A stretch of DNA of 64,000 bases from an uncultured cyanobacterium (GTDB taxonomy: Bacteria; Cyanobacteriota; Cyanobacteriia; Cyanobacteriales; CAWCAG01), in NCBI GenBank assembly GCA_963793425.1, contig CAWCAG010000007.1:832001-896000 (forward strand), in the 5' to 3' direction. The notes beneath the pieces are model-generated. The model had not been told where the DNA came from. It made no database searches and worked only from the letters and a program-made list of their open reading frames with translations. Made by a program: the position numbers and the translations under genes. Positions 1-9,398 of this stretch are shown here, piece by piece (within the stretch, counting starts at the first letter, position 1; every line of letters starts with the position of its first letter).

Positions 1-252
1 GCGAACAAGTTCATTTTCTAAAAAGGAAGGACGAGTAAAGGAACCCAACCCGAACATATACTCAACTTGCCGTACAAAGCCACGATTTTCAAAAAAGTCA
101 CCCGATTCTTCAGTTAAAGCGTCTTCAAAGGCATCTGGTATAGGTTGTAATTCCACTAAATCTTGAGCCATTACACTAGTAGTTAAGACACTAGAGCTAA
201 CAGCTAGGGCTAAAGAAGTAGTTAATAAATGAGCTAACCGCATCGACATCAT
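1..252 (-). CDS. Secreted hypothetical protein, 5' part only (runs off the window start)
   Basis: Manual translation from ATG at 252 is open to base 1: MMSMRLAHLLTTSLALAVSSSVLTTSVMAQDLVELQPIPDAFEDALTEESGDFFENRG... with a signal-peptide-like N-terminus ending VMA-Q. Confidence 0.7.
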   Translation of the reverse strand, partial: MMSMRLAHLLTTSLALAVSSSVLTTSVMAQDLVELQPIPDAFEDALTEESGDFFENRGFVRQVEYMFGLGSFTRPSFLENELVR

Positions 253-353
253 TTTTAAGAAGTAAATTTGGCTCAATTTTAACTGAATATTCCTCGAAAA
301 AAACCTTCTCAATGTAGTAGGTTGATTAAGACAGTAAGGATATATCCCGTTTA

Positions 354-980
354 ATGGTTAATAACATTCAATCTAGACTTGCTTCTAGCCAAGATTTGAC
401 AGTTTTACGTCAATCACTTTTAGATTTATTGGTTAATTTTGCTTATCGAGAAGGAGACTTTACCCTCTCGTCAGGACAAAAGAGTTCTTACTACATTAAC
501 GGTAAAGAAGTTACTCTGCGGGCTGAAGGAGCCTTAGCTGTGGGCTATTTGCTCTTAGACAAGTTACCGAAAGATACCCAAGCTGTAGCTGGTTTAACCT
601 TGGGGGCAGATCCTCTGGTTACGGCGGTGAGTTTAGTTTCTGCTTGGGAAAATCGACCCATACCAGCTTTAATTATTCGCAAGGAAGCTAAGGGACACGG
701 TACAAAAGCTTATATAGAAGGGCCTAGTTTAGAAACTGGGGCTAAGGTGGTTGTACTTGAAGATGTGGTTACCACTGGTAAGTCAGCTATGTTAGCAGTG
801 GAACGTCTAACAGCAGCAAGTTATCAAGTTGACCAAGTAGTTACTGTGGTGGATAGACAACAAGGAGGAGCAGAATTTTATCAACAACAAGGTTTAGAGT
901 TTGAAGCCATTTTCAACTTAGACGAAATTCAAAAACAATACCGTTCTCAAAAAAACTCTTCCACTTCCCTAGCTCCCTAG
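354..980 (+). CDS. pyrE: Orotate phosphoribosyltransferase
   Basis: GDFTLSSGQKSSYY, RKEAKGHG loop, PRPP motif VVVLEDVVTTGKS. Confidence 0.95.
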   Translation: MVNNIQSRLASSQDLTVLRQSLLDLLVNFAYREGDFTLSSGQKSSYYINGKEVTLRAEGALAVGYLLLDKLPKDTQAVAGLTLGADPLVTAVSLVSAWENRPIPALIIRKEAKGHGTKAYIEGPSLETGAKVVVLEDVVTTGKSAMLAVERLTAASYQVDQVVTVVDRQQGGAEFYQQQGLEFEAIFNLDEIQKQYRSQKNSSTSLAP

Positions 981-994
981 CTCCCTAGCTCCCC
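966..994. repeat. Short tandem repeat (CTCCCTAG)n at the convergent pyrE/mgdA junction
   Basis: ttccctagctccctagctccctagctcccc; the reverse-complement unit occurs at about 22266-22292. Confidence 0.85.
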
Positions 995-995
995 G

Positions 996-2342
996 TCAAC
1001 GACCTTGATGAACCGTCTTCACCCATTTCAGACGCTTAGGGCGCACAGACATTCTTGCGGTGGTGCTGCTCATTACAATTAACCAATGGGACATATAAAC
1101 CATACCCCTAAGAGCCTCGAAGGTTAAGGTTAGCCAATTGCGGAAACCAAAGTTTTCTTCTGGATTGATTCGGCGTAACCCTCTCAACATTGCCCAAGAA
1201 AGCATCGCCATACTTAAAGTTGTCACAGGCATTAATACAGGTGGACGGTTGCGAGTGACAGCCATCAGGAAGTCTGGGAGCGCTGCTATGGGCAGAAGAT
1301 ATTGAATAATCAAAAAAGAAATCATTTCCCAGGTTTTCCCGATGCCCATGCGATTACTAGCAATGAGTTTCCAGTAATCTAAGTAGCGCTGATAGCCTCC
1401 TTCAGCCCAACGGTTGCGTTGATGCCAAAGGGAAAGGGCTGTTTCTACTCCTTCTTCTTCTACAGGAGGGAATTGGAGAAAGTCTATTTTCCAGCCGTCT
1501 AGGTGGAGGCGTAGAGTTAAATCGAGGTCGTCGGTGATGGTTTGTTCATTCCAACCACCGCAGCTATTTAGGGCTGTGCGACGCACAAATTGACCGTTAC
1601 CTCGCAACTCTCCAATGCCACCAATGGCAATGCGTTGGCGTTGTAGGTAGCTATCTAAAGCCATTTCTGCACTTTGCCCTTTTGTCCAGAAGTTGGTAGC
1701 TGAGTTAGCGATCGCTTTTCTGGTTTGCACTGCCCCAACTTGCTTTTGAGCAAATATTGGTACGATGCACTTTAGTAAGTCTGGGGAAACTTTAGCATCA
1801 GCATCGAATACAGCGATGATTTCCCCTTTAGTTAGGGATAGCACTTGATTGAGAGCGCCAGATTTGCCACCACCTGCCCCGGCTAAACGATGCAATACTT
1901 TAAGCTGGTTGTGTAAGGGGGCTAATTGGTCTAAGATTTTGCCAGTTTTATCGGTGCTATAATCATCAATTACCCAGACTTCATATTTGTCTTGGGGATA
2001 ATCTAAGCTACAGAGCATTGTGACTAAATTGGCGATTACTGTTTCTTCATTTTTCGCGGCAACTAAGAGGGAGACTTGAGGGGCAGTGGCTAAGGCTTCG
2101 TCTTTTAAAAGTGGCTGTTTGGTGTCTGATTTAGCCAAAACCAGACGTAACGCTTGTATAACCAAAATGCTGGTGAAACCCGATACTAACCAATAACCCC
2201 AGGAGATTAAATGTAAAGCGATAACAACTCCCCAAATTAAGGTTAATACCAGAGCTGCTTTTCGCCTGCGTCCTGCTAATCCTTCAAAAAAATCACTTCT
2301 AAATTCTTCTTCTTCTTCTTCAGGATCTGACCAGTTTGGCAA
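996..2342 (-). CDS. mgdA: GT2 glycosyltransferase, monoglucosyldiacylglycerol synthase (true start probably ATG 2404, see findings)
   Basis: GT2 motifs DDYS, GGKSGALN, FDAD, TDDLD and QRNRW; acidic N-terminal patch then TM helices; divergent from an mgdE-like gene. Confidence 0.85.
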   Translation of the reverse strand: MPNWSDPEEEEEEFRSDFFEGLAGRRRKAALVLTLIWGVVIALHLISWGYWLVSGFTSILVIQALRLVLAKSDTKQPLLKDEALATAPQVSLLVAAKNEETVIANLVTMLCSLDYPQDKYEVWVIDDYSTDKTGKILDQLAPLHNQLKVLHRLAGAGGGKSGALNQVLSLTKGEIIAVFDADAKVSPDLLKCIVPIFAQKQVGAVQTRKAIANSATNFWTKGQSAEMALDSYLQRQRIAIGGIGELRGNGQFVRRTALNSCGGWNEQTITDDLDLTLRLHLDGWKIDFLQFPPVEEEGVETALSLWHQRNRWAEGGYQRYLDYWKLIASNRMGIGKTWEMISFLIIQYLLPIAALPDFLMAVTRNRPPVLMPVTTLSMAMLSWAMLRGLRRINPEENFGFRNWLTLTFEALRGMVYMSHWLIVMSSTTARMSVRPKRLKWVKTVHQGR

Positions 2343-2627
2343 AAAGAGCTAATTGTGTCAAACTCATTGCTGGTATCGCTTTTGCTCCAAGAATTCTCTG
2401 GCATGGGTTAAATGTTGTTAAAATCTTTTTTTACTTTTGATGGATATAGTTTGGCTTAATTGTAAATGAAACTGTTAACTTTCTTGGAGATTTCTTAAAT
2501 TAATCTCTACTGAGTTGATGGTCAAATCTGCTCAAAATCTCAGATAATATTTACTTAGGCTCTATTTTGCTGACAATACGGCATCTGAAAATGCTTTAAT
2601 TTACTTGACTTTTAATCACAAAACTTA

Positions 2628-3884
2628 ATGAGTAATCCAATAGCAACAATAGTCGTCGGATTAATTTCTGTAGTTTGGGTGGAACTGATTAGGGATTTTT
2701 ATCATGCCCTCTCCCACCACTGGAAACCTTTATATCGCTTGCACGTTTGGCATCATCGTGTCTTTCGCCCTGACTTATCAGCAGTCAGCACAACTATTTA
2801 TAAACAAGCTCATTGGTATAATGATGTACCAGAATCTTTGGTGATGCTTGTCTTTAGCTTCTTACCTTGGCTAACGGTTCATCTTTGCTTCCCTCAACAC
2901 CAGGGCTTAGGTTGGGCAGGTTCGGTATATACCTTAAGTTTTCTTTTAAGTGCGATCGCTAGGGGAACAGGATTAGCTTACGCTGATGAATTAACAGATT
3001 TAACCCATCGTTCCGGCCCTTTTAATGCTGCACCTTCCCATTGGTTTGTAAATCGTTCCTACCATTGGCGGCATCACTTCGACAATCAAAAGGCTTACTA
3101 TAGCGGTACATTAACTTTGGTAGATAAACTTATGGGTACTGCTCTATGTTTAAAAGGGAAAAAGGTTGCTATAACCGGAGCATCTGGTACTTTAGGGAAG
3201 GCACTTATTAGGGAGTTACGGGAAAAAGAAGCTAAAGTAACTGCTCTTACTTCCCAAGGGAATACTGTCACTCTCTATGAAAATGATCAGCATTGCCCGA
3301 TTAAAACTCTCAATTGGCAAGTAGGGAAAGAGACAGAATTAGCAGCAGCTTTAGAAGAAATTGATATCCTAATTCTTAACCACGGAGTTAATGTGGGGGG
3401 AGAAAGGACAGCAGATGCTATTGCAAAATCCTATGAAATTAATACTTTTTCCAGTTGGCGTTTATTAGAATTATTTTTAACCACTGTTCGTACCAATGAA
3501 GACATTGCTAAAAAAGAAGTTTGGGTTAATACCTCAGAAGCAGAAGTTAATCCTGCTTTTAGCCCTCTTTATGAGTTGACAAAACGGGCTTTAGGAGACT
3601 TGGTTAGCTTACGCCGTTTAGATGCTCCTTGTACAATACGCAAGCTGATTTTAGGGCCTTTTAAAAGTAACCTTAATCCCGTTGGCGTAATGTCAGCGGA
3701 TAAAGTAGCTAAGCAAATAGTTAATTTAGCTCAAAGGGACTTCCTTAATATTATTGTTACTATTAATCCTTTAACTTGGCTGGCTTTTCCTTGCAAAGAG
3801 TTAGCCGTTTCTACTTATTTCAATCTCTTTAGTAAGAAGCGTAAAGAGGTGTTGGATACTTTACCGGAAGTTATTTCTGGATAA
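2628..3884 (+). CDS. mgdE: Monoglucosyldiacylglycerol epimerase (fatty-acid hydroxylase/desaturase-like domain plus SDR domain)
   Basis: His boxes HALSH, HVWHH and HWRHH, then Rossmann motif TGASGTLG and YELTK; adjacent to mgdA. Confidence 0.85.
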   Translation: MSNPIATIVVGLISVVWVELIRDFYHALSHHWKPLYRLHVWHHRVFRPDLSAVSTTIYKQAHWYNDVPESLVMLVFSFLPWLTVHLCFPQHQGLGWAGSVYTLSFLLSAIARGTGLAYADELTDLTHRSGPFNAAPSHWFVNRSYHWRHHFDNQKAYYSGTLTLVDKLMGTALCLKGKKVAITGASGTLGKALIRELREKEAKVTALTSQGNTVTLYENDQHCPIKTLNWQVGKETELAAALEEIDILILNHGVNVGGERTADAIAKSYEINTFSSWRLLELFLTTVRTNEDIAKKEVWVNTSEAEVNPAFSPLYELTKRALGDLVSLRRLDAPCTIRKLILGPFKSNLNPVGVMSADKVAKQIVNLAQRDFLNIIVTINPLTWLAFPCKELAVSTYFNLFSKKRKEVLDTLPEVISG

Positions 3885-3984
3885 AAACTAGGGAAGTCAT
3901 TTTTTAATCTAAGCTATTTGGCGCTTGTTGAGACTTGATAATTAGCGTTATCTTTGTGCGTAAAGGCCTTGAAACTACTTAAAC

Positions 3985-4314
3985 ATGAACTTTCTCAAAG
4001 GATTAATTGTTAGTACCCTCGTCGTAGGATCTATACTGCTAGCCCCAACTGCAAATGCAGAAACTTATCGTGCTGGCAACTTTATAATTACTATTGAAGG
4101 TAGTACATATACTGGATGTGATTCTAATGGCAACTGTATTACTTTAGATAATTATCAAAAGTGGCAACATAATGGACAAAGAGGAATAGCCTGGGAAAAT
4201 GGTGATTATGTTTACTCGGTTTCTTGGCAAGAAGGTATTGATGGTATGTACCTCAAAGTGAGCAGAGGTGATGAAGTACTTGTATCTGAAAAAATGGAGT
4301 ACCTTGGCTATTAA
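3985..4314 (+). CDS. Small secreted hypothetical protein
   Basis: Signal peptide ending ANA-E; beta-rich body with a Cys pair (YTGCDSNGNC). Confidence 0.7.
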   Translation: MNFLKGLIVSTLVVGSILLAPTANAETYRAGNFIITIEGSTYTGCDSNGNCITLDNYQKWQHNGQRGIAWENGDYVYSVSWQEGIDGMYLKVSRGDEVLVSEKMEYLGY

Positions 4315-4358
4315 TTCAGTATGAACAACTTATCTTTAATGCTACAAAGCCAACAATT

Positions 4359-4709
4359 ATGAAAAAAATAATAGCTTTAACGTTAGCTTCCCTTGGTATT
4401 TTAACCTTTACTCCTCAAGCAAAAGCTGACATATTTGATGCAAATGTTTACTGTGAGGTGAAAGACATTATTACAGGTCAATTAGCACTACGGCACGAAA
4501 CTACTCTTCAACCACACGCAGGTTTAGACAACGGTAATATAGTTCAGGCTTATGGAGGCAGCATAGGTGAAAATGGAATTATTTGGTACTATGTCAATGT
4601 TTTGCAGGGGCCGAATTACAGAGTTGACGGTAAAGAAGGTGTTGTTAATGCCAAATACTTGCTCTGTGATTGGTACGACTTCGAGGGGAACTATCTTTTC
4701 ACTGAGTAA
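4359..4709 (+). CDS. Small secreted protein, possibly bacterial SH3-like
   Basis: Signal peptide ending AKA-D; LALR...WYYV...GVVNAKYL pattern resembles SH3b domains. Confidence 0.6.
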   Translation: MKKIIALTLASLGILTFTPQAKADIFDANVYCEVKDIITGQLALRHETTLQPHAGLDNGNIVQAYGGSIGENGIIWYYVNVLQGPNYRVDGKEGVVNAKYLLCDWYDFEGNYLFTE

Positions 4710-4822
4710 AATATCTTTGATGGCAAGGGATATTAGTTGAGTAAGCGATCGCCTTCAATTATCTATTGGTAAAGTCCCTCAATAAAATTAAAACGACCCA
4801 ACGTTAAACTAAAAATAACGAA

Positions 4823-4890
4823 AGAAAAACCGGATTTCTCTAAGTTATATAACTCAGTTTTAAGGGGATTAAAAAAAGAAACCCGGTTCT
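4823..4890. repeat. REP-like inverted pair
   Basis: AACCGGATTTCT near 4828-4839 and AGAAACCCGGTT near 4877-4888 are inverted with one mismatch; lies between convergent genes. Confidence 0.5.
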
Positions 4891-4930
4891 AGATTGAGAA
4901 GTTGTAACTCTCCTCGAATCAAGCTTGTTT

Positions 4931-5803
4931 TTACTTCGTTAAAGAAAACTTACGCAACTTGCGACTAGGAAGCCAAGCAAATACCCCAACTAATAACATA
5001 CCCAATAAAGAAGATGGTTCAGGAACTCTTTCTACAGCTTGGGGTTCGCTGAAAATAAAGTCATCTAAAGCAACTAAATCAACTCCATTACCATCAAAAG
5101 TATCTGCCCCTAAAGCAGCATTGCCAGAAGTAATTCTTACTTTGGAAACAAGGAAATCATCAAAAGTTACACCCAAAAAAGAGAAACTTTCATCCCGGTC
5201 GGCAACTGCTTCAACAAAGTTAGTTTGAATTAAATTACCGTCAACATCGAAAAATTCCATCTTGCTTGTTTCGGCGAGATCCACATCACTAAAAACAGCG
5301 CCGAAGCTACTAACAGTAGCAGCAGTATCTGTACCAGGAACAAAGAAGAGAATATCAAGAATGTTACTATCTTGGGCGATAAAGAGTTTTTCTGCACTAA
5401 AGGCTTCAAAAACTCCGGTATAAGTTGGATTTATGTTGCCAAAGTCTTCGCTAGGATCGTTATTGGTGGGGTCGCCATCTGCACCACTAATCTGGAAACC
5501 AGAACCAGGGGTTTCATAAACTGTACCACGGGGTACAACAGCGTTGAAGAAGTCCGCAGGCATATCAAAAGGGTCAGCAGGGGCCAGGCGGCCATCCCAA
5601 TCAATTTGCCGACGACCTCCCTCTACCGGCCCAACTTGGTTGCCGTTGTTTGGCTCCCCTGCTATAGTGCGAAAGGCATCCACAGTACCTTGAATAGAAG
5701 CAGCATCTTCCCCAGAAGCAGAAAAGACTGCCGCCTCAGACATATTGGGTGCAACAATTAAGGCTGTTAAGGCTAAGGTGATACTAGGATAAAGTTTGTT
5801 CAT
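4931..5803 (-). CDS. PEP-CTERM sorting-domain surface protein
   Basis: Signal peptide, acidic Gly/Asp-rich body, C-terminal VPEPSS plus TM helix plus basic tail (RKLRK). Confidence 0.9.
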   Translation of the reverse strand: MNKLYPSITLALTALIVAPNMSEAAVFSASGEDAASIQGTVDAFRTIAGEPNNGNQVGPVEGGRRQIDWDGRLAPADPFDMPADFFNAVVPRGTVYETPGSGFQISGADGDPTNNDPSEDFGNINPTYTGVFEAFSAEKLFIAQDSNILDILFFVPGTDTAATVSSFGAVFSDVDLAETSKMEFFDVDGNLIQTNFVEAVADRDESFSFLGVTFDDFLVSKVRITSGNAALGADTFDGNGVDLVALDDFIFSEPQAVERVPEPSSLLGMLLVGVFAWLPSRKLRKFSLTK

Positions 5804-5918
5804 GATGATGCTTTTTCCTGAGAAATTGGTTAGTTCTAGAGATTTTCTAAGTTAGTTTTGTGTTGTGCTGATATTCAACTTAGAAAACAATCGGGAAGAA
5901 CTAGGGAAGCAGTTTTTC

Positions 5919-6000
5919 AGTGATGCCTAACGGCAACGGCAAGCCGTACAATGATCAATGTTCAATGATGCTTAACGGCAACGGCAAGCTTCACAATGAT
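5919..6000. repeat. Two copies of a small dispersed element (GCyTAACGGCAACGGCAAGC) embedded in CAATGAT heptamer repeats
   Basis: tgatgcctaacggcaacggcaagccgtacaatgat and tgatgcttaacggcaacggcaagcttcacaatgat; related sequences near 19686-19698 (reverse) and 34215-34228. Confidence 0.75.
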
Positions 6001-6079
6001 TAGAGATAAGCTGTCAAGTATTTAATTTGCTTGTTGAGATTAACGGGGAGGATGCTTCATTTATTTTTAAGCATTTTAT

Positions 6080-6589
6080 TTAATAAAACTGTAAACCTCC
6101 TTGAAGCAAATTAGACTCAATTTTACAATCATCCCTACCTTCACTAGAAGCATCAAATTGACAAGTATAAGCAGCTAAACACTTTGTTTGCTGATTAAAA
6201 ACTCTGAGATTATATTGATATCGCCTTGCGACATTACCAAATTTATTAACAAAAGCGTAACGTTCGATGTCAGTTAAATTAGACCAAAGCTGTCGGTTAA
6301 CAATTAAATCTATACGATTTTGTTCTTGATGTGCAATCCAGTTAATCAGTAACTTTTTCTTGGCAAATTGCTCTTTAGCCCACCATAAACTAGGAACAGA
6401 AATTTGTTCTTGGGAGACTGTATCAGCAGTAACAATATTTAATTGAGCTAATTCTGTGGCATCTTTTTCTAATAATTCAGCTTCTAAAGGAGGCTGGCAA
6501 AAATCATTATTAATAGAAGTTTGTGCCGTAGCTATGGGAGTAAACCAAAACGGAGAAGTTAGGAATAAAAGAGTGATTTTTTTGAGCAT
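6080..6589 (-). CDS. Secreted hypothetical protein (ORF track starts at 6664; ATG 6589 more likely)
   Basis: MLKKITLLFL...ATA-Q signal peptide; PSLWWAKEQF and YAFVNKFG motifs look like a conserved cyanobacterial family. Confidence 0.7.
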   Translation of the reverse strand: MLKKITLLFLTSPFWFTPIATAQTSINNDFCQPPLEAELLEKDATELAQLNIVTADTVSQEQISVPSLWWAKEQFAKKKLLINWIAHQEQNRIDLIVNRQLWSNLTDIERYAFVNKFGNVARRYQYNLRVFNQQTKCLAAYTCQFDASSEGRDDCKIESNLLQGGLQFY

Positions 6590-6685
6590 AACTGGGATAA
6601 CAAAGAACAGGGCGTTTTTGATGTTAGATATTATGGGTAAGATTAGAAGTGGGAAGAATGACAATTTTACTTATTACTTAGTTAT

Positions 6686-7816
6686 TCATCCCCACAAACG
6701 ACGGCGGGGTTTACCATTAAGACGATTGTGAGTATCTTTTAATAACCAAGGGATATTTAATTCTTCAGGACAGCGAGGAAGACATTCGCCACAATCAGTA
6801 CAGCGGTTGCCCTTTTTGCCAGGAAACCAATGCCCAGCATTTTCTAACATCTGATAACGATATTGACCATAGTTTTGCAGATCATAAGCTACCGTAAGAT
6901 TTCGCAAACGCAAAATTTCGGGAATATTAATCTCTTCCGGGCAGGGTAGACATTGATAGCACTGACTACATTTATCAGTAGCAAGTTTCTTGTTTAACTC
7001 AATTTCTAAAACTTTAAATATTTCTTCTTCCTGGGGAGTGAGGGGGTCATCTTTGTTAGCTACTTGAAGAGGTTGTGGCAACTGTTGAGGGTTAGCCGGA
7101 CCAACACTAAGGGTAGAAATTCGGCGATCGCTTAATAAAAAACGGTAGTTCAACTCCAAAGGGGAAAAGGGCTTACATAACTCTGTTAAAGTTTCTGGAG
7201 GTGTATAGAGTTTTCCTCCTTTATCTCCTGGAGAGATAATAAATATTCCCATATCCTTCTCAAAAGCAAGCTGAATTGCGGCTGCGTTGCGCTGGAAGAA
7301 ATAGTAATAATGTAAGTTGATGAAGGAGAATAAGTTAGTATTTATAGTGGCGAGAATTATCTCTAAAGGGGCATGAGTAGAAAAGCCTACTTGCCGAATT
7401 TTCCCTGCTGCGATCGCCTCTTGCACCGCTTTCATGCAGCCTTGGGGATGAGTCAGCCAATGAAAATGTTCCCAAGTATTAACCCCATGAATGGCTAGGC
7501 AATCAAGATAATCAACCTGGAGGCGTTCTAAAGATTGATTAATTTCCTGACGCATTTGTTGAGGATCAGGAGTTGGCAACAGCTTAGTAGTAATGTATAA
7601 CTGCTCTCGCAGCAAGGGCAAGCCCCGTTTCAAAGCTTGGCCTATATAACGCTCACTCTCGCCATATCCTCTAGCTGTTTCTAAATGATTGATACCCGCA
7701 GCCGTAGCTGCATAGATAGTTTCGTAGGCTATTGAGGATGAAGCTAAACAACCCATGGTTCCCAAAGAAAAAACAGAGAACTGGAAGTCAGTTTTACCAA
7801 ACTGCCGATATTGCAT
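6686..7816 (-). CDS. Aldo/keto reductase with C-terminal 4Fe-4S dicluster domain
   Basis: YRQFGKT...GINHLETARGYG; CSQCYQCLPCP and CTDCGECLPRCP. Confidence 0.92.
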   Translation of the reverse strand: MQYRQFGKTDFQFSVFSLGTMGCLASSSIAYETIYAATAAGINHLETARGYGESERYIGQALKRGLPLLREQLYITTKLLPTPDPQQMRQEINQSLERLQVDYLDCLAIHGVNTWEHFHWLTHPQGCMKAVQEAIAAGKIRQVGFSTHAPLEIILATINTNLFSFINLHYYYFFQRNAAAIQLAFEKDMGIFIISPGDKGGKLYTPPETLTELCKPFSPLELNYRFLLSDRRISTLSVGPANPQQLPQPLQVANKDDPLTPQEEEIFKVLEIELNKKLATDKCSQCYQCLPCPEEINIPEILRLRNLTVAYDLQNYGQYRYQMLENAGHWFPGKKGNRCTDCGECLPRCPEELNIPWLLKDTHNRLNGKPRRRLWG

Positions 7817-7885
7817 GATCTCAACTACTGCGTGGAAGTCATAAACCTGTCCTATAAATTAAATATCCCTTAAGCTATGGTGTGG

Positions 7886-8374
7886 TTAGGAACTGCTACG
7901 ATCAGCAAAGTCTTCTGGCCGAATATTAGACACAAATTCTTTAAAAGCTTGCCTTTCTTCCTCATCAGCTTCCCTATCCACAGGGATGGAGGCATCAGCA
8001 ACAACTTCTTCCATAACCCAAATGGGGCTGTCTGTACGCAAAGCAACGGAAATAGCATCGCTAGGACGACAATCTATTTCTTTTTTTACCTCTCCTTGAC
8101 GCATACACAAGACAGCATAGAAAGTACTATCTTGGAGAGAATGAATTATAATACGCTCCAAATCCATTTCCCAAACTTCCAAAGTATTGGCAATTAGGTC
8201 GTGGGTTAAAGGGCGAGGGGGTTTTTGTCTTTCTAAAGCGCTGATAATTGACTTTGCCTGGTCTTGTCCAATATAAATAGGCAGAGCGCGTCTACCCAGG
8301 CCATCCTTAAGCAAAACTATAGGGCTGCGTGTGACGGCATCTAATGCAATTCCAGCAACTTTCATTTCAATCAT
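7886..8374 (-). CDS. Bifunctional nuclease family protein (DUF151)
   Basis: LPIYIG, RPLTHDL and DCRPSDAI motifs. Confidence 0.92.
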   Translation of the reverse strand: MIEMKVAGIALDAVTRSPIVLLKDGLGRRALPIYIGQDQAKSIISALERQKPPRPLTHDLIANTLEVWEMDLERIIIHSLQDSTFYAVLCMRQGEVKKEIDCRPSDAISVALRTDSPIWVMEEVVADASIPVDREADEEERQAFKEFVSNIRPEDFADRSSS

Positions 8375-8627
8375 CGGCTTAGCCTCTAAAACAGAGTTGA
8401 AATTTGGACGAGGTTATCTATATAGGGTGAATAGAGAGAAAACAAACGGTAGAATCGAAAATTAGGTAATAAGCTATGTCTCCTTTTGAAGATTTTACCT
8501 ATTATCCTTGCTAATTTCTATACTTCGCTTTTTCTTTTCAAGAATCTATCCATAATCCAAGTATGCCCCAGTCTGAAGTTGAATGGGCTTATACTTTAGG
8601 AAAAATATCGAGAATTATCACCGATAT

Positions 8628-8649
8628 ATTGGGCTGCTAGCAGCCCAAT
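8628..8649. promoter_or_regulatory. Perfect 22-bp palindrome upstream of riboflavin synthase
   Basis: ATTGGGCTGCTAGCAGCCCAAT equals its own reverse complement. Confidence 0.5.
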
Positions 8650-8690
8650 GAGAACAATTCTTTTAAAAATTACATTTCTCAGAAAATAAA

Positions 8691-9377
8691 GTGTTTACAG
8701 GATTAATTCAAACTCTTGGCAAAATTACTTCCCTAGAACAAGACAGATTTATTTTATCTTGCCCCAGGGAAAGTTCTCAGTTGCTTTGGCAAGATTTAGA
8801 AATTGGCGATAGCGTGGCAGTAGATGGAGTCTGTTTAACGGTGGAGGAGATTTTAGGTGATGGTTTTGTCGCTACGGCTTCTCCTGAGACTCTCAAGCGT
8901 ACTACCCTGGGCAAGGCTCATCAAACAGCTAGTTGGGTCAATTTAGAAACTTCCATGAGGGTTGGTAGCAAACTAGGGGGACATTTTGTCACCGGCCATG
9001 TTGACGGATTAGGTTGTTTGATGGAGTCAATGCAAGCAGATAAATCTTGGGAAATGTGTTTCGCTGCACCCCCTGCTTTAGAAAGTCAATGGCAAGAAAA
9101 CATTGCCCGCTACCTCATACCAAAAGGAAGTATTGCTGTTAATGGTATTAGCCTGACAGTATCAGATTGCGACAGGGCTGGTAGTTGGTTTAAGGTGGCT
9201 GTGATTCCCCATAGCTATGAACAAACTAATCTCGCTGCCCTTAAGGTTGGTAATTTAGTTAATTTGGAAGGAGATATTTTAGGTAAGTATGTAGACAAGT
9301 TGTTGTCCTACGGTGACTCAACTAAAGGACAAACCGAAGAAATTAGTTTGAGTTTTTTAACTGAAAATGGTTATTAA
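8691..9377 (+). CDS. ribE: Riboflavin synthase (alpha chain)
   Basis: N-terminal MFTGLI, GDSVAVDGVCLT, GGHFVTGHVD, KGSIAVNGISLT. Confidence 0.95.
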   Translation: MFTGLIQTLGKITSLEQDRFILSCPRESSQLLWQDLEIGDSVAVDGVCLTVEEILGDGFVATASPETLKRTTLGKAHQTASWVNLETSMRVGSKLGGHFVTGHVDGLGCLMESMQADKSWEMCFAAPPALESQWQENIARYLIPKGSIAVNGISLTVSDCDRAGSWFKVAVIPHSYEQTNLAALKVGNLVNLEGDILGKYVDKLLSYGDSTKGQTEEISLSFLTENGY

Positions 9378-9398
9378 ATAAGTTGATTTACGGTATAT

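Noticed and set aside
4959..5761. Plus-strand ORFs overlapping the PEP-CTERM gene, and similar short antisense ORFs throughout the track
   Set aside because: Fully overlap well-supported genes on the other strand and have no domain signal
8380..8690. FMN riboswitch upstream of riboflavin synthase
   Set aside because: No RFN consensus segments visible
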